Below, one piece after another: positions 46,774-56,681 of a stretch of DNA of 64,000 nt; position 1 is the first letter of the stretch; every line of letters starts with the position of its first letter. The position numbers and the translations under genes were made by a program. The DNA comes from Paracidovorax konjaci (GTDB lineage Bacteria > Pseudomonadota > Gammaproteobacteria > Burkholderiales > Burkholderiaceae_C): positions 162,750 through 226,749 of the forward strand of contig NZ_FOMQ01000007.1 in NCBI RefSeq assembly GCF_900112675.1. Direction: 5' to 3'. The notes under the pieces are model-generated. The model worked only from the letters and a program-made list of their open reading frames with translations, was not told where the DNA came from and did not search any database.

Positions 46774-47781
46774 TCAGTCCAGCCTGGCGCCAGCAGCGTC
46801 GACCAGCGCCTTCCAGACCGGCATGTCGCGGCGGTAGTTCTCGCGGAAAGCCTCGGGCGTGTTCATCAGCGGCATGAAGCCTGCGCCGGCGATGCGCTCC
46901 AGCACCTTCGGATCCTTCGCGATTTCGCGCAGGTGCTGCTGGAGTGCCTCCATCACGTCGCGCGGCAGGTTCGCCGGGCCGCCCATGGCCACCCAGCCGA
47001 AGATGGCGTAGGCATCGTCGGTCACGCCCTGCTCGTGGATCGTGGGCACCTGGGGCAGGATGTCCATGCGCCGAAGTCCGGTGACGCCGATGGCCTTCAG
47101 GCGGCCCGAATCGATGAAGGGCTTGGTGTTCTGCGCGCTGGAAAAGCAAAGCTGCAGCTGGCCGCCGATCAGGTCCTGGATCATCGGCGCCTCGCCTTTG
47201 TAGGCGACGTGGGCCATGTCGGCATCCTGCGTCTTGCCCATGTAGGCCCCGGCCAGATGCGCATAGGAGCCCACGCCCCAGGAACCGTACGAGAGCTTGC
47301 CCCGGTTCGCCTTCGCATAGGCCAGCAGCTCCTTCATGTTGCCGGCGGGCACGGAGGGGTGCACCACCAGCGTGACGGGCGCTGCGGCGATCTGGGTGAT
47401 CAGCGTCAGGTCCTTCTGCGGGTTGTAGGGCAGGCTGGTGTAGAGGAACTGGTTGATCAGCATCGACGTGCTGAGCGAGAGCAGCAGCGTGTAGCCGTCC
47501 GGCGCCGCCTTGGCCACCGCGTCGGTGCCCAGGATGCCGGCCGCGCCGCCCCGGTTGTCCACCACCACCGGCTGGCCCACGCGCTGCGACAGGGCGTCGC
47601 CCACGGTGCGGGCGATGATGTCGGTGGCGCCGCCTGCATTGAACGGCACGATCAGCCGGATGGGTTTGGACGGCCACGCCGCCTTGGCCGTCTGGGCCGA
47701 GGCGGAGCCCAGCCAGCTGCCGCCTCCGAGGGCGGCCAGGCCGCACAGCACGGTGCGGCGGTGGAATCGGGAACCTGTCAT
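46774..47781 (-). CDS. Bug/TctC-family periplasmic substrate-binding protein (orphan)
   Basis: MTGSRFHRRTVLCGLAALGGGSWLGSASA (Tat-like signal), then IRLIVPFNAGGATDIIARTV...PDGYTLLL.... Start trimmed from ORF 46774..48486; RBS GGAGACAAAGCC before the ATG. Confidence 0.8.
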   Translation of the reverse strand: MTGSRFHRRTVLCGLAALGGGSWLGSASAQTAKAAWPSKPIRLIVPFNAGGATDIIARTVGDALSQRVGQPVVVDNRGGAAGILGTDAVAKAAPDGYTLLLSLSTSMLINQFLYTSLPYNPQKDLTLITQIAAAPVTLVVHPSVPAGNMKELLAYAKANRGKLSYGSWGVGSYAHLAGAYMGKTQDADMAHVAYKGEAPMIQDLIGGQLQLCFSSAQNTKPFIDSGRLKAIGVTGLRRMDILPQVPTIHEQGVTDDAYAIFGWVAMGGPANLPRDVMEALQQHLREIAKDPKVLERIAGAGFMPLMNTPEAFRENYRRDMPVWKALVDAAGARLD

Positions 47782-47870
47782 GGCTTTGTCTCCTGGGGTT
47801 CTCTCACGAAAGAAGCCGGCCCCGTTGCGCCGTCTGCGCGGCATGCATGGCACGGGGCCGGCAGCGGAAA

Positions 47871-49130
47871 TCAGGCGTGCGGCGGTGCCTCCGGCAGGGT
47901 GAGCACGCCGCGCTGTTGCAACTGCTGCAGTTCCTCGTCGCTCATCTGCAGGAGCCGCTGCAGCACATCGCGCGTGCCTTCCCCCAGCGTGGGCGGCGCA
48001 TGGCGGATCGGCAGGCGCTGGCCGTCGATGCGGTAGGGCGGGGCGAACACCGGCGTGGTGCCCACGACGGGGTGCGGCATGTCCTGCAGCAGGCCGCCGC
48101 GGCGCGTGCGCTCGCTGGTCAGCGCCTCGTGCAGGCCGGCCACCTTCCCGCAGGGAATGCCGCAGGCGGTCATGCGCTCCAGCAGCAGGTCGCGCGGGAA
48201 GGCGCGGATCAGCGCGGTCAGCATCGGGCCGATCACCTGCCGGTTCTTCGCGCGCTCCACGTTGGTGGCGAAGCGCGGGTCTTCCACGATGTCGGGCCGT
48301 TCGATCACCTGGCGGCAGAACTTGTCGAACTGCGCGTTGTTGCCCACGGCGATGATGAGCGGGCCATCGGCCGCATCGAACATGCCGTAGGGCACGATGG
48401 AGGGGTGCGCATTGCCGTAGCGCGCCGGGTCTTGGCCCAGCTGCATGGCGTCGAGACCGTAGTAGCCGGTGACCATCAGGCCGCAATCGTAGAGCGCCAT
48501 CTCGATCAGCCGTCCGCGGCCCGTGCGCCCGCGCTGGAAAAGCGCCGCCAGCACGGCCTGCGCGGCGTACATGCCGGTCATCAGGTCCACCACCGCCACG
48601 CCGAACTTCAGCGGCGGCTGCGCGGCTTCGCCGTTCAGCGCCATCAGGCCGGCCTCACCCTGGATCACCAGGTCGTAGCCGGGCCGCTTCGCCTCGGGGC
48701 CGGTCACGTCGTAGCCGGCCACCGCGCAGTAGATGAGGTCGGGCTTGATCGCCCTGAGCTGCTCGTAGCCCAGCCCCAGCTTCTCGGCGCCGCCGGTCTT
48801 GAAGTTGTGGATCACCACGTCGAACTGCGGCAGCAGATCGTGCACGATGCGCACGCCCTCGGGGCTTTGCAGGTCCAGCGTGACCGACCGCTTGTTGCGG
48901 TTCATGCTGTTGTAGTAGGTGGTCTCGGTCCGGCCGATGCGCATGCCCCAGTCGCGCGTGTCATCGCCGCGGCCGGGGTGTTCCACCTTTACCACCTCGG
49001 CACCGAAGTCGGCCAGCACCTGGCCGCACAGCGGACCGGCGAAGACGCGCGACAGGTCGAGGACGCGCACGCCTTCGAGGGGGAAGTCGATGCCGCCGGC
49101 GGTGGCGTCGGCAGGGGAAGCGGCGTTCAT
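47871..49130 (-). CDS. CoA-transferase family III (CaiB/BaiF) protein
   Basis: ...GVRVLDLSRVFAGPLCGQVLADFGAEVVKVE... and the conserved Asp region of family III CoA transferases. Confidence 0.85.
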   Translation of the reverse strand: MNAASPADATAGGIDFPLEGVRVLDLSRVFAGPLCGQVLADFGAEVVKVEHPGRGDDTRDWGMRIGRTETTYYNSMNRNKRSVTLDLQSPEGVRIVHDLLPQFDVVIHNFKTGGAEKLGLGYEQLRAIKPDLIYCAVAGYDVTGPEAKRPGYDLVIQGEAGLMALNGEAAQPPLKFGVAVVDLMTGMYAAQAVLAALFQRGRTGRGRLIEMALYDCGLMVTGYYGLDAMQLGQDPARYGNAHPSIVPYGMFDAADGPLIIAVGNNAQFDKFCRQVIERPDIVEDPRFATNVERAKNRQVIGPMLTALIRAFPRDLLLERMTACGIPCGKVAGLHEALTSERTRRGGLLQDMPHPVVGTTPVFAPPYRIDGQRLPIRHAPPTLGEGTRDVLQRLLQMSDEELQQLQQRGVLTLPEAPPHA

Positions 49131-49210
49131 GTTCTTGTCTCCAATGCTCATGTGTCAGGGGACCAGGCCCCGGCGCTGCGCGGGCGCATGTCGCCGCGCG
49201 CGCCTTCGTC

Positions 49211-50350
49211 TCACTGCTGCCGGCCGAGCGCGATGTAGCGCGCCAGGTGGTGGTCTTCATCGCCCAGTTGGTGGTCGATCATGACCAGCCGCTTGGCATA
49301 GTGCGCCAGCGGCAGTTCCCAGGTCATGCCGATGCCCCCGTGCATCTGGATGCTTTCCTCGGCCACCCGCGTGCCGATGCGGCCGATGCTGTACTTGGCG
49401 GCCGACAGCGCCTTTTCGCGCGCGATGCGGTCCACCGCATCGATGGCGGCGGCCGCATTGATGACCGCCGAGCGGGCTTGCTCCACTTCCAGCAGCAGAT
49501 CGGCCATGCGGTGCTGCAGCGCCTGGAAGCTGCCGATGGGCACGCCGAACTGCTTGCGCATGCGCAGGTATTCCAGCGTGTGCTGCTTGGCCACCTCCAT
49601 CGCGCCCACGGCCTCGGCGCAGAGCGCCAGCACGCCCCAACCCACGGCCCGCTCCAGCAGCGCGGCGCCCTGGCCTTCCGCGCCCAGCAGCGCATCGGCC
49701 CCCACGGCCACATTCCTGAACACCAGCTCGGCCGTGCGGCCGCCGTCGATGCGGCCATGGCCCTGGCGTGCCAGACCCGCGGCATCGCCGGGCACCAGGA
49801 ACAGGGAGATGCCTCCTTCGTCGAATGTGCCGCCGCTCGTGCGGGCCGACACCAGCAGCCAGTCGGCCCCGTCGCCGAACAGCACCACGCCCTTGGCGCC
49901 ATCGATGGCCCAGCCGCCGCCCGAGCGGCGCGCGGTGGCCGCCACGCGTGTCGGCTCGTAGTGCCCACCCGGCTCGCCATGCGCCAGCGCGGCCACGGCC
50001 GCTCCCGCCATCAGCGGCGCCAGCACGGCATCCTTCTGCGCAGCGGTGCCGGCGGCCGCGACGGCGCGGCCCACCATCAGCGCATCCAGCAAGGGCTCGG
50101 CCACCAGGCCCCGGCCCAGGCTCTCGAACACCACGCTCACGTCGAAGCCGGCGCCGCCGAAGCCGCCGTCGGCGTCGGCGAAGAGCGCGCCGATGGTGCC
50201 CAGATCGGCGAACCGGCGGTACAGATCGGGGCTGTGGCCCGCGGCGCCGTATGCGGCGCGGTTGCGATGTTCGATGCCGGACTGCCCGGCAATGAAGCGG
50301 TCCAGCGTGTCCGCCAGCATGCGGCGGTCTTCCGTGTGCTCGAAGTTCAT
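49211..50350 (-). CDS. Acyl-CoA dehydrogenase family protein
   Basis: ACAD three-domain architecture. C-terminal ...QMHGGIGMTWELPLAHYAKR.... Confidence 0.85.
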   Translation of the reverse strand: MNFEHTEDRRMLADTLDRFIAGQSGIEHRNRAAYGAAGHSPDLYRRFADLGTIGALFADADGGFGGAGFDVSVVFESLGRGLVAEPLLDALMVGRAVAAAGTAAQKDAVLAPLMAGAAVAALAHGEPGGHYEPTRVAATARRSGGGWAIDGAKGVVLFGDGADWLLVSARTSGGTFDEGGISLFLVPGDAAGLARQGHGRIDGGRTAELVFRNVAVGADALLGAEGQGAALLERAVGWGVLALCAEAVGAMEVAKQHTLEYLRMRKQFGVPIGSFQALQHRMADLLLEVEQARSAVINAAAAIDAVDRIAREKALSAAKYSIGRIGTRVAEESIQMHGGIGMTWELPLAHYAKRLVMIDHQLGDEDHHLARYIALGRQQ

Positions 50351-50354
50351 GGCG

Positions 50355-51551
50355 TCATAGCCCCAGGATCATCTTGGAGATGATGTTTTTCTGGATTTCG
50401 TTGGAGCCGCCGAAGATCGACAGCTTGCGGTAATTGAAGTAGTTCGCCGCGGCCGCGGAGGCGCCCTCGGGGCCCACGGCCAGCGCTTCATGGCCTGCGT
50501 GCAGCGCATCTTCCTCGAAGGGCAGCGCATACGGTCCCATGGCGCGACGCGTGAGCGACAGGATCTCCTGCCGGATCTCGGTGCCGCGGATCTTCAGCAT
50601 GGAGCTTTCCGCCCCCGGCACGCCGCCGCCCTCCACGGCGGCGATCACGCGCAGGTTGGTGGTCTTCATGTTCTCCAGGTCGATCTCCACCCTTGCGAGG
50701 CGCGCGGCAAAGAGCGGATCGTGCGCCAACGGCTGGCCATTGCACTGCACCGTGGCGGCCACGCGCCTGAGCTTCGCCAGCGCCGCCACCGAGAAGCCCA
50801 CGCCAGCGATGTTGGTGCGCTCGTAGGTGAGCAGGTACTTGGCGTAGGTCCAGCCCTTGTTCTCCTCGCCCACCAGGTTGGCGGCGGGCACCTTCACATC
50901 GGTGAAGAACACCTCGTTCACCTCGTGCTCGCCGTCCAGCGTGATGATGGGGCGCACCTCCACGCCGGGGGAATGCATGTCCACCAGCAGGAAGCTGATG
51001 CCCGCCTGCGCCTTGGCCTCGCGGTGGGTTCGCACCAGGCAGAAGATCATGTTGGCGTGCTGGCCCAGCGTGGTCCAGGTCTTCTGGCCGTTGACGACGT
51101 AATGGTCGCCCTGCAGGACGGCCGTGGTCTTGACCGAAGCCAGGTCCGAGCCCGCGCCAGGCTCCGAGTAGCCCTGGCACCACCAGTCGTCGCCGTTCAG
51201 GATGCGCGGCAGCCAGTACTGTTTCTGGGCCTCGCTGCCGTACTGGATGAGCACCGGCCCCAGCATGTTGACGCCGAAGGGAACGATGCGCGGGGCACCG
51301 GCCAGCGCACACTCGTTCTCGAAGATGAACTTCTGCACGGCGCTCCAGCCCGGGCCCCCGTATTGCTCGGGCCAGTGGTTGGCCAGCCAGCCGCGGGCGT
51401 TGAGGATGGCGTGCCAACGCTCCAGGTCGGCCTTGTCCAGCCGCAGGCCGGCTTGCACCTTGTGCGACAGGTCGGCGGGCAGATGCGCTGCCAGGAAGGC
51501 CTGCACTTCGTCGCGAAAGGCCTGTTCTCGGGGGGTGAATTGCAGATCCAT
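50355..51551 (-). CDS. Acyl-CoA dehydrogenase family protein
   Basis: ...WWCQGYSEPGAGSDLASVKTTA... and ...IFGGSNEIQKNIIS..., hallmarks of ACADs. Confidence 0.85.
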   Translation of the reverse strand: MDLQFTPREQAFRDEVQAFLAAHLPADLSHKVQAGLRLDKADLERWHAILNARGWLANHWPEQYGGPGWSAVQKFIFENECALAGAPRIVPFGVNMLGPVLIQYGSEAQKQYWLPRILNGDDWWCQGYSEPGAGSDLASVKTTAVLQGDHYVVNGQKTWTTLGQHANMIFCLVRTHREAKAQAGISFLLVDMHSPGVEVRPIITLDGEHEVNEVFFTDVKVPAANLVGEENKGWTYAKYLLTYERTNIAGVGFSVAALAKLRRVAATVQCNGQPLAHDPLFAARLARVEIDLENMKTTNLRVIAAVEGGGVPGAESSMLKIRGTEIRQEILSLTRRAMGPYALPFEEDALHAGHEALAVGPEGASAAAANYFNYRKLSIFGGSNEIQKNIISKMILGL

Positions 51552-51570
51552 GTCGTCCTTCGCAGGGTGG

Positions 51571-53703
51571 TCAACGCGCTTCGACGGCCGCGCGGTTCAG
51601 GCTGTCGAAGTAGCGGCCGTCGGCCACCAGCCGTTCCAGCAGCGGCGCGGGTTGCCAGAAAAGCGGGTCCTGCCGTGCGAATTCCCGGATGTCGGCCAGG
51701 ATCCTCGGCAGGCCCACCGTGTCGGCGTAGTGCATCGGCCCGCCCCGGAAGCGCGGAAAGCCGTAGCCCGACAGAAAAGTCACGTCCACGTCCAGCGGCC
51801 GCAGGGCGATGCCCTCGGCCACCACCTTCGCGCCTTCGTTGACCATGGCCGCCAAGTAGCGGCGCAGGATTTCGTCCGGCGTGAAGCTGCGCGGCGCGAT
51901 GCCTTTCCTGACGCGCTCGGCATCGACGATGGCCAGCACTTCCGGATCGGGCTGCCCGGTGCGGGCACCTTCGGGATAGAGGTAGAAGCCGCGCCCCGTC
52001 TTCTGGCCGAACCAGCCGCGCTCGCAAATGCGGTCGGCGATCTCCACATAGCGCGCCCTCGGGTCGCGCGTGGCGGCGCGCCGCTTGCGCGTGGCCCATC
52101 CGATGTCGCCTCCCGCCAGGTCGGTCACCTGGAAAGGTCCCATCGGGTAGCCGAAGCCGCGCAGGGCCGCGTCAATCTCGTAAGGAGACGCTCCGTCTTC
52201 CATCAGGTAATCGGCCGCCTGCTTGTAAACGGCCAGGATGCGGTTGCCGATGAAGCCGTCGCACACGCCGGCGCGCACGGGTACTTTCTTCAATTGCTTC
52301 GCCAGCTCGAAGGCGGTGGCGACCACGTCGGCACTCACCTGGGCCGGCACCACGATCTCCAGCAGCTTCATGATGTTGGCGGGGCTGAAGAAGTGCAGGC
52401 CGATCACGTCCTGCGGGCGTTGGGTGACCTCCGCGATCGCGTCGATGTCGAGGTACGAGGTGTTCGTGGCGAGCACGGCGCCGGGTTTGCAGACGCGGTC
52501 CAGTTCGCGGAAGACGGCCTTCTTGACCTCCAGGTCTTCGAACACGGCCTCGATCACCAGATCGGCCCCGGCAATGTCTTCGTAGCGCGTGCTGCCGGTG
52601 TAGCGCGCCATGACGGCGGCTTTGTCCTCGGCCGCCATGCGCCCCTTGGCGACCAGCGCGTCGTAGACCTTTTCGACATGCGCGCGGCCCCGGGCCAGCG
52701 ACGCGTCATCGCGCTCGATCATGGTCACGGGCAGGCCGGAATCCAGCGCCGATACGGTGATGCCCGCGCCCATGGTGCCGCCGCCGATGACGGCGATGGA
52801 GGCCACGGTGCGCGGCGCGGCGGCCTGGGCCTCCGGCACCTTGGCGACTTCCCGTTCGGCGAAGAAGGCATGGATCAGGCCGGCGCGCTGGGGGCTGGCC
52901 AGGCACTCCGCGAATGCGGCGCGCTCGCGCTGCATGCCTTCGTCGAAAGGCAGCTCGACGGCGTTGCGCACGCACTCGACGATTTTCTGCGGCGAGATCA
53001 GGCCACGCGACTTCTTGGCCGTCTCGGCCGCCAGTGCGTCCAGTTCGGCCAGCGCAGCGGCGGGCTCGGCGATGGCCCGGTCGCGCGTGCGGCGCACCGG
53101 CGCTCGCGCAGCCAGCAGTTGCCGCACATAGTCCAGTCCCGCGGCGGTGGGGTCCGAGCCTTCTCCGCATTGGTCGATGAGCCCGGCCACCAGCGCCGCC
53201 CTGGCACCCAGAGGCTTGCCGCTGAGCATCAGCTCGGCGGCCGCCCTGGCACCCATCAGGCGCGGAGCCCGCTGCGTGCCGCCGGCACCCGGCAAGAGGC
53301 CCAGGTTCACCTCCGGCAGGCCCAGTTGGGCGGCAGGCAAAGCCAGGCGGTAGTGCGCCGACAGCGCCACTTCCAGCCCGCCGCCCAGCGCAGCGCCGTG
53401 GATGGCGGCCACCACCGGCTTGCTGCACGACTCGATGCGCTCGCAGACCTCGGGCAGCGACGGCAGCACGGCGGGCTTGCCGAATTCGCGGATATCGGCA
53501 CCGGCGATGAAGGCCTTGCCCGCGCCGACGATCAGCACCGCCTGCACGCCTGCCTGCGCCTGCGCCCTTTCCATGGCGGCGACCAGTCCCTGCCGCACGG
53601 TGGCGCCCAGCGCATTCACCGGCGGGTTGTCGATGCGTACGACCAGGACGTTGCCCTGCTCATGGAATTGCACGGGCGATGCCGTTGCCGCTTCAAAGGC
53701 CAT
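51571..53703 (-). CDS. Fatty-acid oxidation multifunctional protein (enoyl-CoA hydratase + 3-hydroxyacyl-CoA dehydrogenase, FadB/FadJ-like)
   Basis: N-terminal crotonase fold (...AFIAGADIREF..., ...AAIHGAALGGGLEVAL...), then NAD-binding VIGGGTMGAGI and a 3HCDH C-terminal domain. Start trimmed to MAFEAAT at 53703 with a GGAGACAAGG RBS. Confidence 0.88.
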   Translation of the reverse strand: MAFEAATASPVQFHEQGNVLVVRIDNPPVNALGATVRQGLVAAMERAQAQAGVQAVLIVGAGKAFIAGADIREFGKPAVLPSLPEVCERIESCSKPVVAAIHGAALGGGLEVALSAHYRLALPAAQLGLPEVNLGLLPGAGGTQRAPRLMGARAAAELMLSGKPLGARAALVAGLIDQCGEGSDPTAAGLDYVRQLLAARAPVRRTRDRAIAEPAAALAELDALAAETAKKSRGLISPQKIVECVRNAVELPFDEGMQRERAAFAECLASPQRAGLIHAFFAEREVAKVPEAQAAAPRTVASIAVIGGGTMGAGITVSALDSGLPVTMIERDDASLARGRAHVEKVYDALVAKGRMAAEDKAAVMARYTGSTRYEDIAGADLVIEAVFEDLEVKKAVFRELDRVCKPGAVLATNTSYLDIDAIAEVTQRPQDVIGLHFFSPANIMKLLEIVVPAQVSADVVATAFELAKQLKKVPVRAGVCDGFIGNRILAVYKQAADYLMEDGASPYEIDAALRGFGYPMGPFQVTDLAGGDIGWATRKRRAATRDPRARYVEIADRICERGWFGQKTGRGFYLYPEGARTGQPDPEVLAIVDAERVRKGIAPRSFTPDEILRRYLAAMVNEGAKVVAEGIALRPLDVDVTFLSGYGFPRFRGGPMHYADTVGLPRILADIREFARQDPLFWQPAPLLERLVADGRYFDSLNRAAVEAR

Positions 53704-53791
53704 TGCCTTGTCTCCTTCTGGGTGCGCCGGCGCGCTGCACTGCGAAGGGCATTCTTGCGGCGACAATCTTTTCTGACAATCCCATCAATCA

Positions 53792-53806
53792 TTGACAGAC
53801 TGTCAA
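53792..53806. promoter_or_regulatory. LysR-type T-N11-A palindrome in the divergent LysR/fad-like intergenic region
   Basis: TTGACAG-A-CTGTCAA: a perfect 7-bp inverted repeat, 30 bp upstream of the lysR ATG and about 90 bp upstream of the divergent operon start. Confidence 0.4.
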
Positions 53807-53835
53807 ATGATTTAGACCAATCAAAACCCTGCACC

Positions 53836-54762
53836 ATGGACCTGCCATCCCTGACGCTGCTGGTCGAGATCATCGACAGCGGCAACCTGAGCCAGGCCGC
53901 GCGCAAGCTGAAGATGACGCGTGCCAACGTGAGCTACCACCTCACCAAGCTGGAGAAGGCCGTGGGCGTGCAGTTGGTGCAGCGCACCACGCGCCGGGTC
54001 GAACCCACCGAGATCGGGCTGCGCCTGTACGAACACGGCCGCACCATCCGCAACGAAATGCGGGCTGCGCAGGAGGCCGTCACCACGCTGGGCCAGGGCC
54101 TGCAGGGTCGCGTGGGCCTCAGCGTGCCCAGCGGCTATGGGCAGATCGTGATGGGCGACTGGCTGATCGAATTCAAGCGCACCTATCCCGGCATCGTGCT
54201 GGACGTGCTGTTCGAGAACCGCGCCGACAACCTGCGCGACGAAGTGGACATCGCCATCCGCGTGGTGCAGGAGCCTCCGCTGTCGCTGGTGGCCCGCAGC
54301 ATGGGCACCGTGCGCTACCTGGCCTGCGCATCGGCCGACTACGCAGGCCGGCACGGCCTGCCGCGCACGTTGCATGCGCTGCGCGCCAGCCCGGTCATCA
54401 CGGCCGGCGTGACCGGGCGGCAACTGCGCCTGTCGGCCTACCGGGGCAGCGAGCGGCACGAAGTGATGCTGGAGCCCACCCTGATCTCGGAACACTTTCC
54501 GTTCCTGCGCCAGGGCATCCTGGCCGGGCTGGGCGTGGGACTGGTGCCCGACTACGTGGTGCAGGACAAGCTGGCGACCGGCGAGGTGCTGACCACGCTG
54601 GACGAATACCGCCTCAGCATCTTCGGCACGCACATGTACCTGCTGTATCTGCCGAACCGCCACCAGACGCGGGCGGTCCGCACCTGCATCGACTTCCTGC
54701 TGGACAAGGCGCAAGGCGGCGAGCACGGCGGTATGCCGCAGGGCGCTGCGGCAGTTGGTTGA
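53836..54762 (+). CDS. LysR family transcriptional regulator
   Basis: N-terminal HTH (LTLLVEIIDSGNLSQAARKLKMTRANVSYHLTKLEKAVGVQLVQR) and a LysR substrate-binding domain. Confidence 0.85.
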   Translation: MDLPSLTLLVEIIDSGNLSQAARKLKMTRANVSYHLTKLEKAVGVQLVQRTTRRVEPTEIGLRLYEHGRTIRNEMRAAQEAVTTLGQGLQGRVGLSVPSGYGQIVMGDWLIEFKRTYPGIVLDVLFENRADNLRDEVDIAIRVVQEPPLSLVARSMGTVRYLACASADYAGRHGLPRTLHALRASPVITAGVTGRQLRLSAYRGSERHEVMLEPTLISEHFPFLRQGILAGLGVGLVPDYVVQDKLATGEVLTTLDEYRLSIFGTHMYLLYLPNRHQTRAVRTCIDFLLDKAQGGEHGGMPQGAAAVG

Positions 54763-54804
54763 GCTGCCTCGCACCGCCGCAACGCGGTCGCTGGCGCGCA
54801 AATG

Positions 54805-54833
54805 AAAAAGCCCCGGCCGTGGAGGGCCGGGGC
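54805..54833 (-). terminator. Rho-independent terminator downstream of htpX (minus strand)
   Basis: GCCCCGGCC-GTGGAG-GGCCGGGGC, a 9-bp GC stem, followed on the minus strand by TTTTT. It sits between convergent lysR and htpX. Confidence 0.5.
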
Positions 54834-54889
54834 TCGGGACAGGTGGGCACCGCGTTCCGCGCTGGCGGCAGGGCCGCAGCGCCGGCGCA

Positions 54890-55768
54890 TTACCGGCCCT
54901 GGGCGTTTTGCAGGGCAGCGATCCGCTCCTCGATGGGAGGATGGGTGCTGAACAGCTTGCCGATGCCGCCAGCAATGCCCATGGCCTGCATGCCCTTCGG
55001 CAATTCGGCGGGGTGCATGCCGCCCAGGCGGGCCAGGGCGTTGATCATCGGTTGCTGGCGGCCCATCAGCTTGGCAGCGCCCGCATCGGCACGGAACTCG
55101 CGCTGGCGGCTGAACCAGGCAACGATCATCGAAGCCAGGAAGCCCAGCACGATATCGAGCACCAGCGTCGTGACCATGTAGCCGATGCCGGGGCCGGAGC
55201 TGTTCTCGTCGTTCTTGCGCAGGAAGCTGTCCACCGCATAGCCGATGACGCGCGAGAGGAAGACCACGAAGGTGTTCATCACGCCCTGGATGAGGGTCAT
55301 GGTGACCATGTCGCCGTTGGCGATGTGGGCCACCTCATGGCCGATCACGGCCTCGACTTCTTCTCGGGTCATGCCCTGCAGCAGGCCGGTGGAAACGGCC
55401 ACGAGGGCGTTGTTCTTGAAGGCGCCGGTGGCGAAAGCGTTGGGATCGCCCTCGAAGATGCCGACCTCGGGCATGCCGATGCCGGCCTGGTCGGCGAACT
55501 TGCGGACGGTCTGGACGATCCAGGCCTCATCGGCCGAGCCCGTGCCGTCGATCACCCGCACACCGGAACTCCACTTGGCGACGGGCTTGCTGATGAGCAG
55601 CGAGATGATGGCGCCGCCAAAGCCCATGATGAAGGCGAAGCCGAGCAGCGCCCCCAGGTTGAGCCCGTTGGATGTCAGGTACCGGTTGACGCCCAACAGG
55701 CTGGCGACGACGCCCAGCACCGCCACGACGGCAAGGTTGGTCAGCAGAAATAGCGCGATTCGTTTCAT
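54890..55768 (-). CDS. htpX: Heat-shock membrane zinc protease HtpX (M48B)
   Basis: [15 protein letters not shown]..., [12 protein letters not shown] zincin motif, four TM segments. Start set at MKRIA (55768). Confidence 0.88.
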   Translation of the reverse strand: MKRIALFLLTNLAVVAVLGVVASLLGVNRYLTSNGLNLGALLGFAFIMGFGGAIISLLISKPVAKWSSGVRVIDGTGSADEAWIVQTVRKFADQAGIGMPEVGIFEGDPNAFATGAFKNNALVAVSTGLLQGMTREEVEAVIGHEVAHIANGDMVTMTLIQGVMNTFVVFLSRVIGYAVDSFLRKNDENSSGPGIGYMVTTLVLDIVLGFLASMIVAWFSRQREFRADAGAAKLMGRQQPMINALARLGGMHPAELPKGMQAMGIAGGIGKLFSTHPPIEERIAALQNAQGR

Positions 55769-55843
55769 CGAAGGTTTCTCCACGAAGGGGAAGTGTGTTT
55801 GGGTGCGGGGTCATCGGCGATGCCGCGCCGCTACACGACCGGA

Positions 55844-55872
55844 AGGTGGGGATGGCGGGCGGGCGTTCAAGC
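55844..55872 (-). promoter_or_regulatory. Candidate sigma-32 (heat-shock) promoter for htpX
   Basis: The minus strand reads CTTGAAC-N13-TCCCCACCT (consensus CTTGAAA-N13-15-CCCCATNT), about 75 nt upstream of the htpX ATG. Confidence 0.4.
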
Positions 55873-56673
55873 CGCCGTTGCAGCGCGGAGGGACCCCTGT
55901 TGTGTACTTTGTGCGGGGCGGGCGCTGCGGAATACGGAAGAGTCATCATAGAAGCAAAAGTTCTCGTTATCCGCGCACCAGCCCGGCACCCCCAGCACCG
56001 GCAGGGGCGCAAACGGCTTTTCCCGCAGCAGCGCCGGGTCGAGCGCACCGGCCAGCCAGGCGTCCAGGTCCGCGGTATCTACCGGTGTGCACGCCCCCAT
56101 GAGCACATGGGCCGTGAGGGATTTGCGCGGCGCGGCGAGTTGCTCCAGGAGCGCGTGGCCGAAGATCGCCAGACGCGCCTCCTTCCACAGCGGACGCAGA
56201 TCCACGAACAGCCGGCGCCAGGCCCGCGCTGCGAGCGCCTCCTGCAACGCGGCCGGCGCCAGCAGGACCGCTCCGTTCTCGTCGAACACCGTGATCGCAT
56301 CCCGCAGCGGCCCGCGGACGGCGCCGATGCCCTGCGCCGCGATGGCTTCGGCCTGCCAGCGGTTCAATAGCCGCTTGGTCTGCGGATAGTGCAGCCAGAT
56401 GACCCCGTTGAAAAAGTCGTGCAGATTGTCGCGGGTCGGTACGGTGCCGGTCGCATGGACGAATTGCTCATAGGGCACGCCCTTTCCCAATGCGGCCTGG
56501 GGTGCGAAGCGAACGCTGCAGAGGCCGGCGCCCCGGGCCGCAGCGACAGGCCCAGCCAGACGGTTCAACGCACCAGACACCGGCAGGCCGGCGCGCCACT
56601 GTGCCTCCACCTGCGCTCCCACGGCAGCCAATGGCTCCAGCCACGGGGATGCGGGACCGAAGAGGGGTTGCAT
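55867..56673 (-). CDS. DUF3025 domain-containing protein
   Basis: 268-aa conserved hypothetical immediately downstream of pyrC. Start chosen at MQPLFG (56673), 8 nt after the pyrC stop. Confidence 0.6.
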   Translation of the reverse strand: MQPLFGPASPWLEPLAAVGAQVEAQWRAGLPVSGALNRLAGPVAAARGAGLCSVRFAPQAALGKGVPYEQFVHATGTVPTRDNLHDFFNGVIWLHYPQTKRLLNRWQAEAIAAQGIGAVRGPLRDAITVFDENGAVLLAPAALQEALAARAWRRLFVDLRPLWKEARLAIFGHALLEQLAAPRKSLTAHVLMGACTPVDTADLDAWLAGALDPALLREKPFAPLPVLGVPGWCADNENFCFYDDSSVFRSARPAQSTQQGSLRAATAA

Positions 56674-56681
56674 CCGGACGC

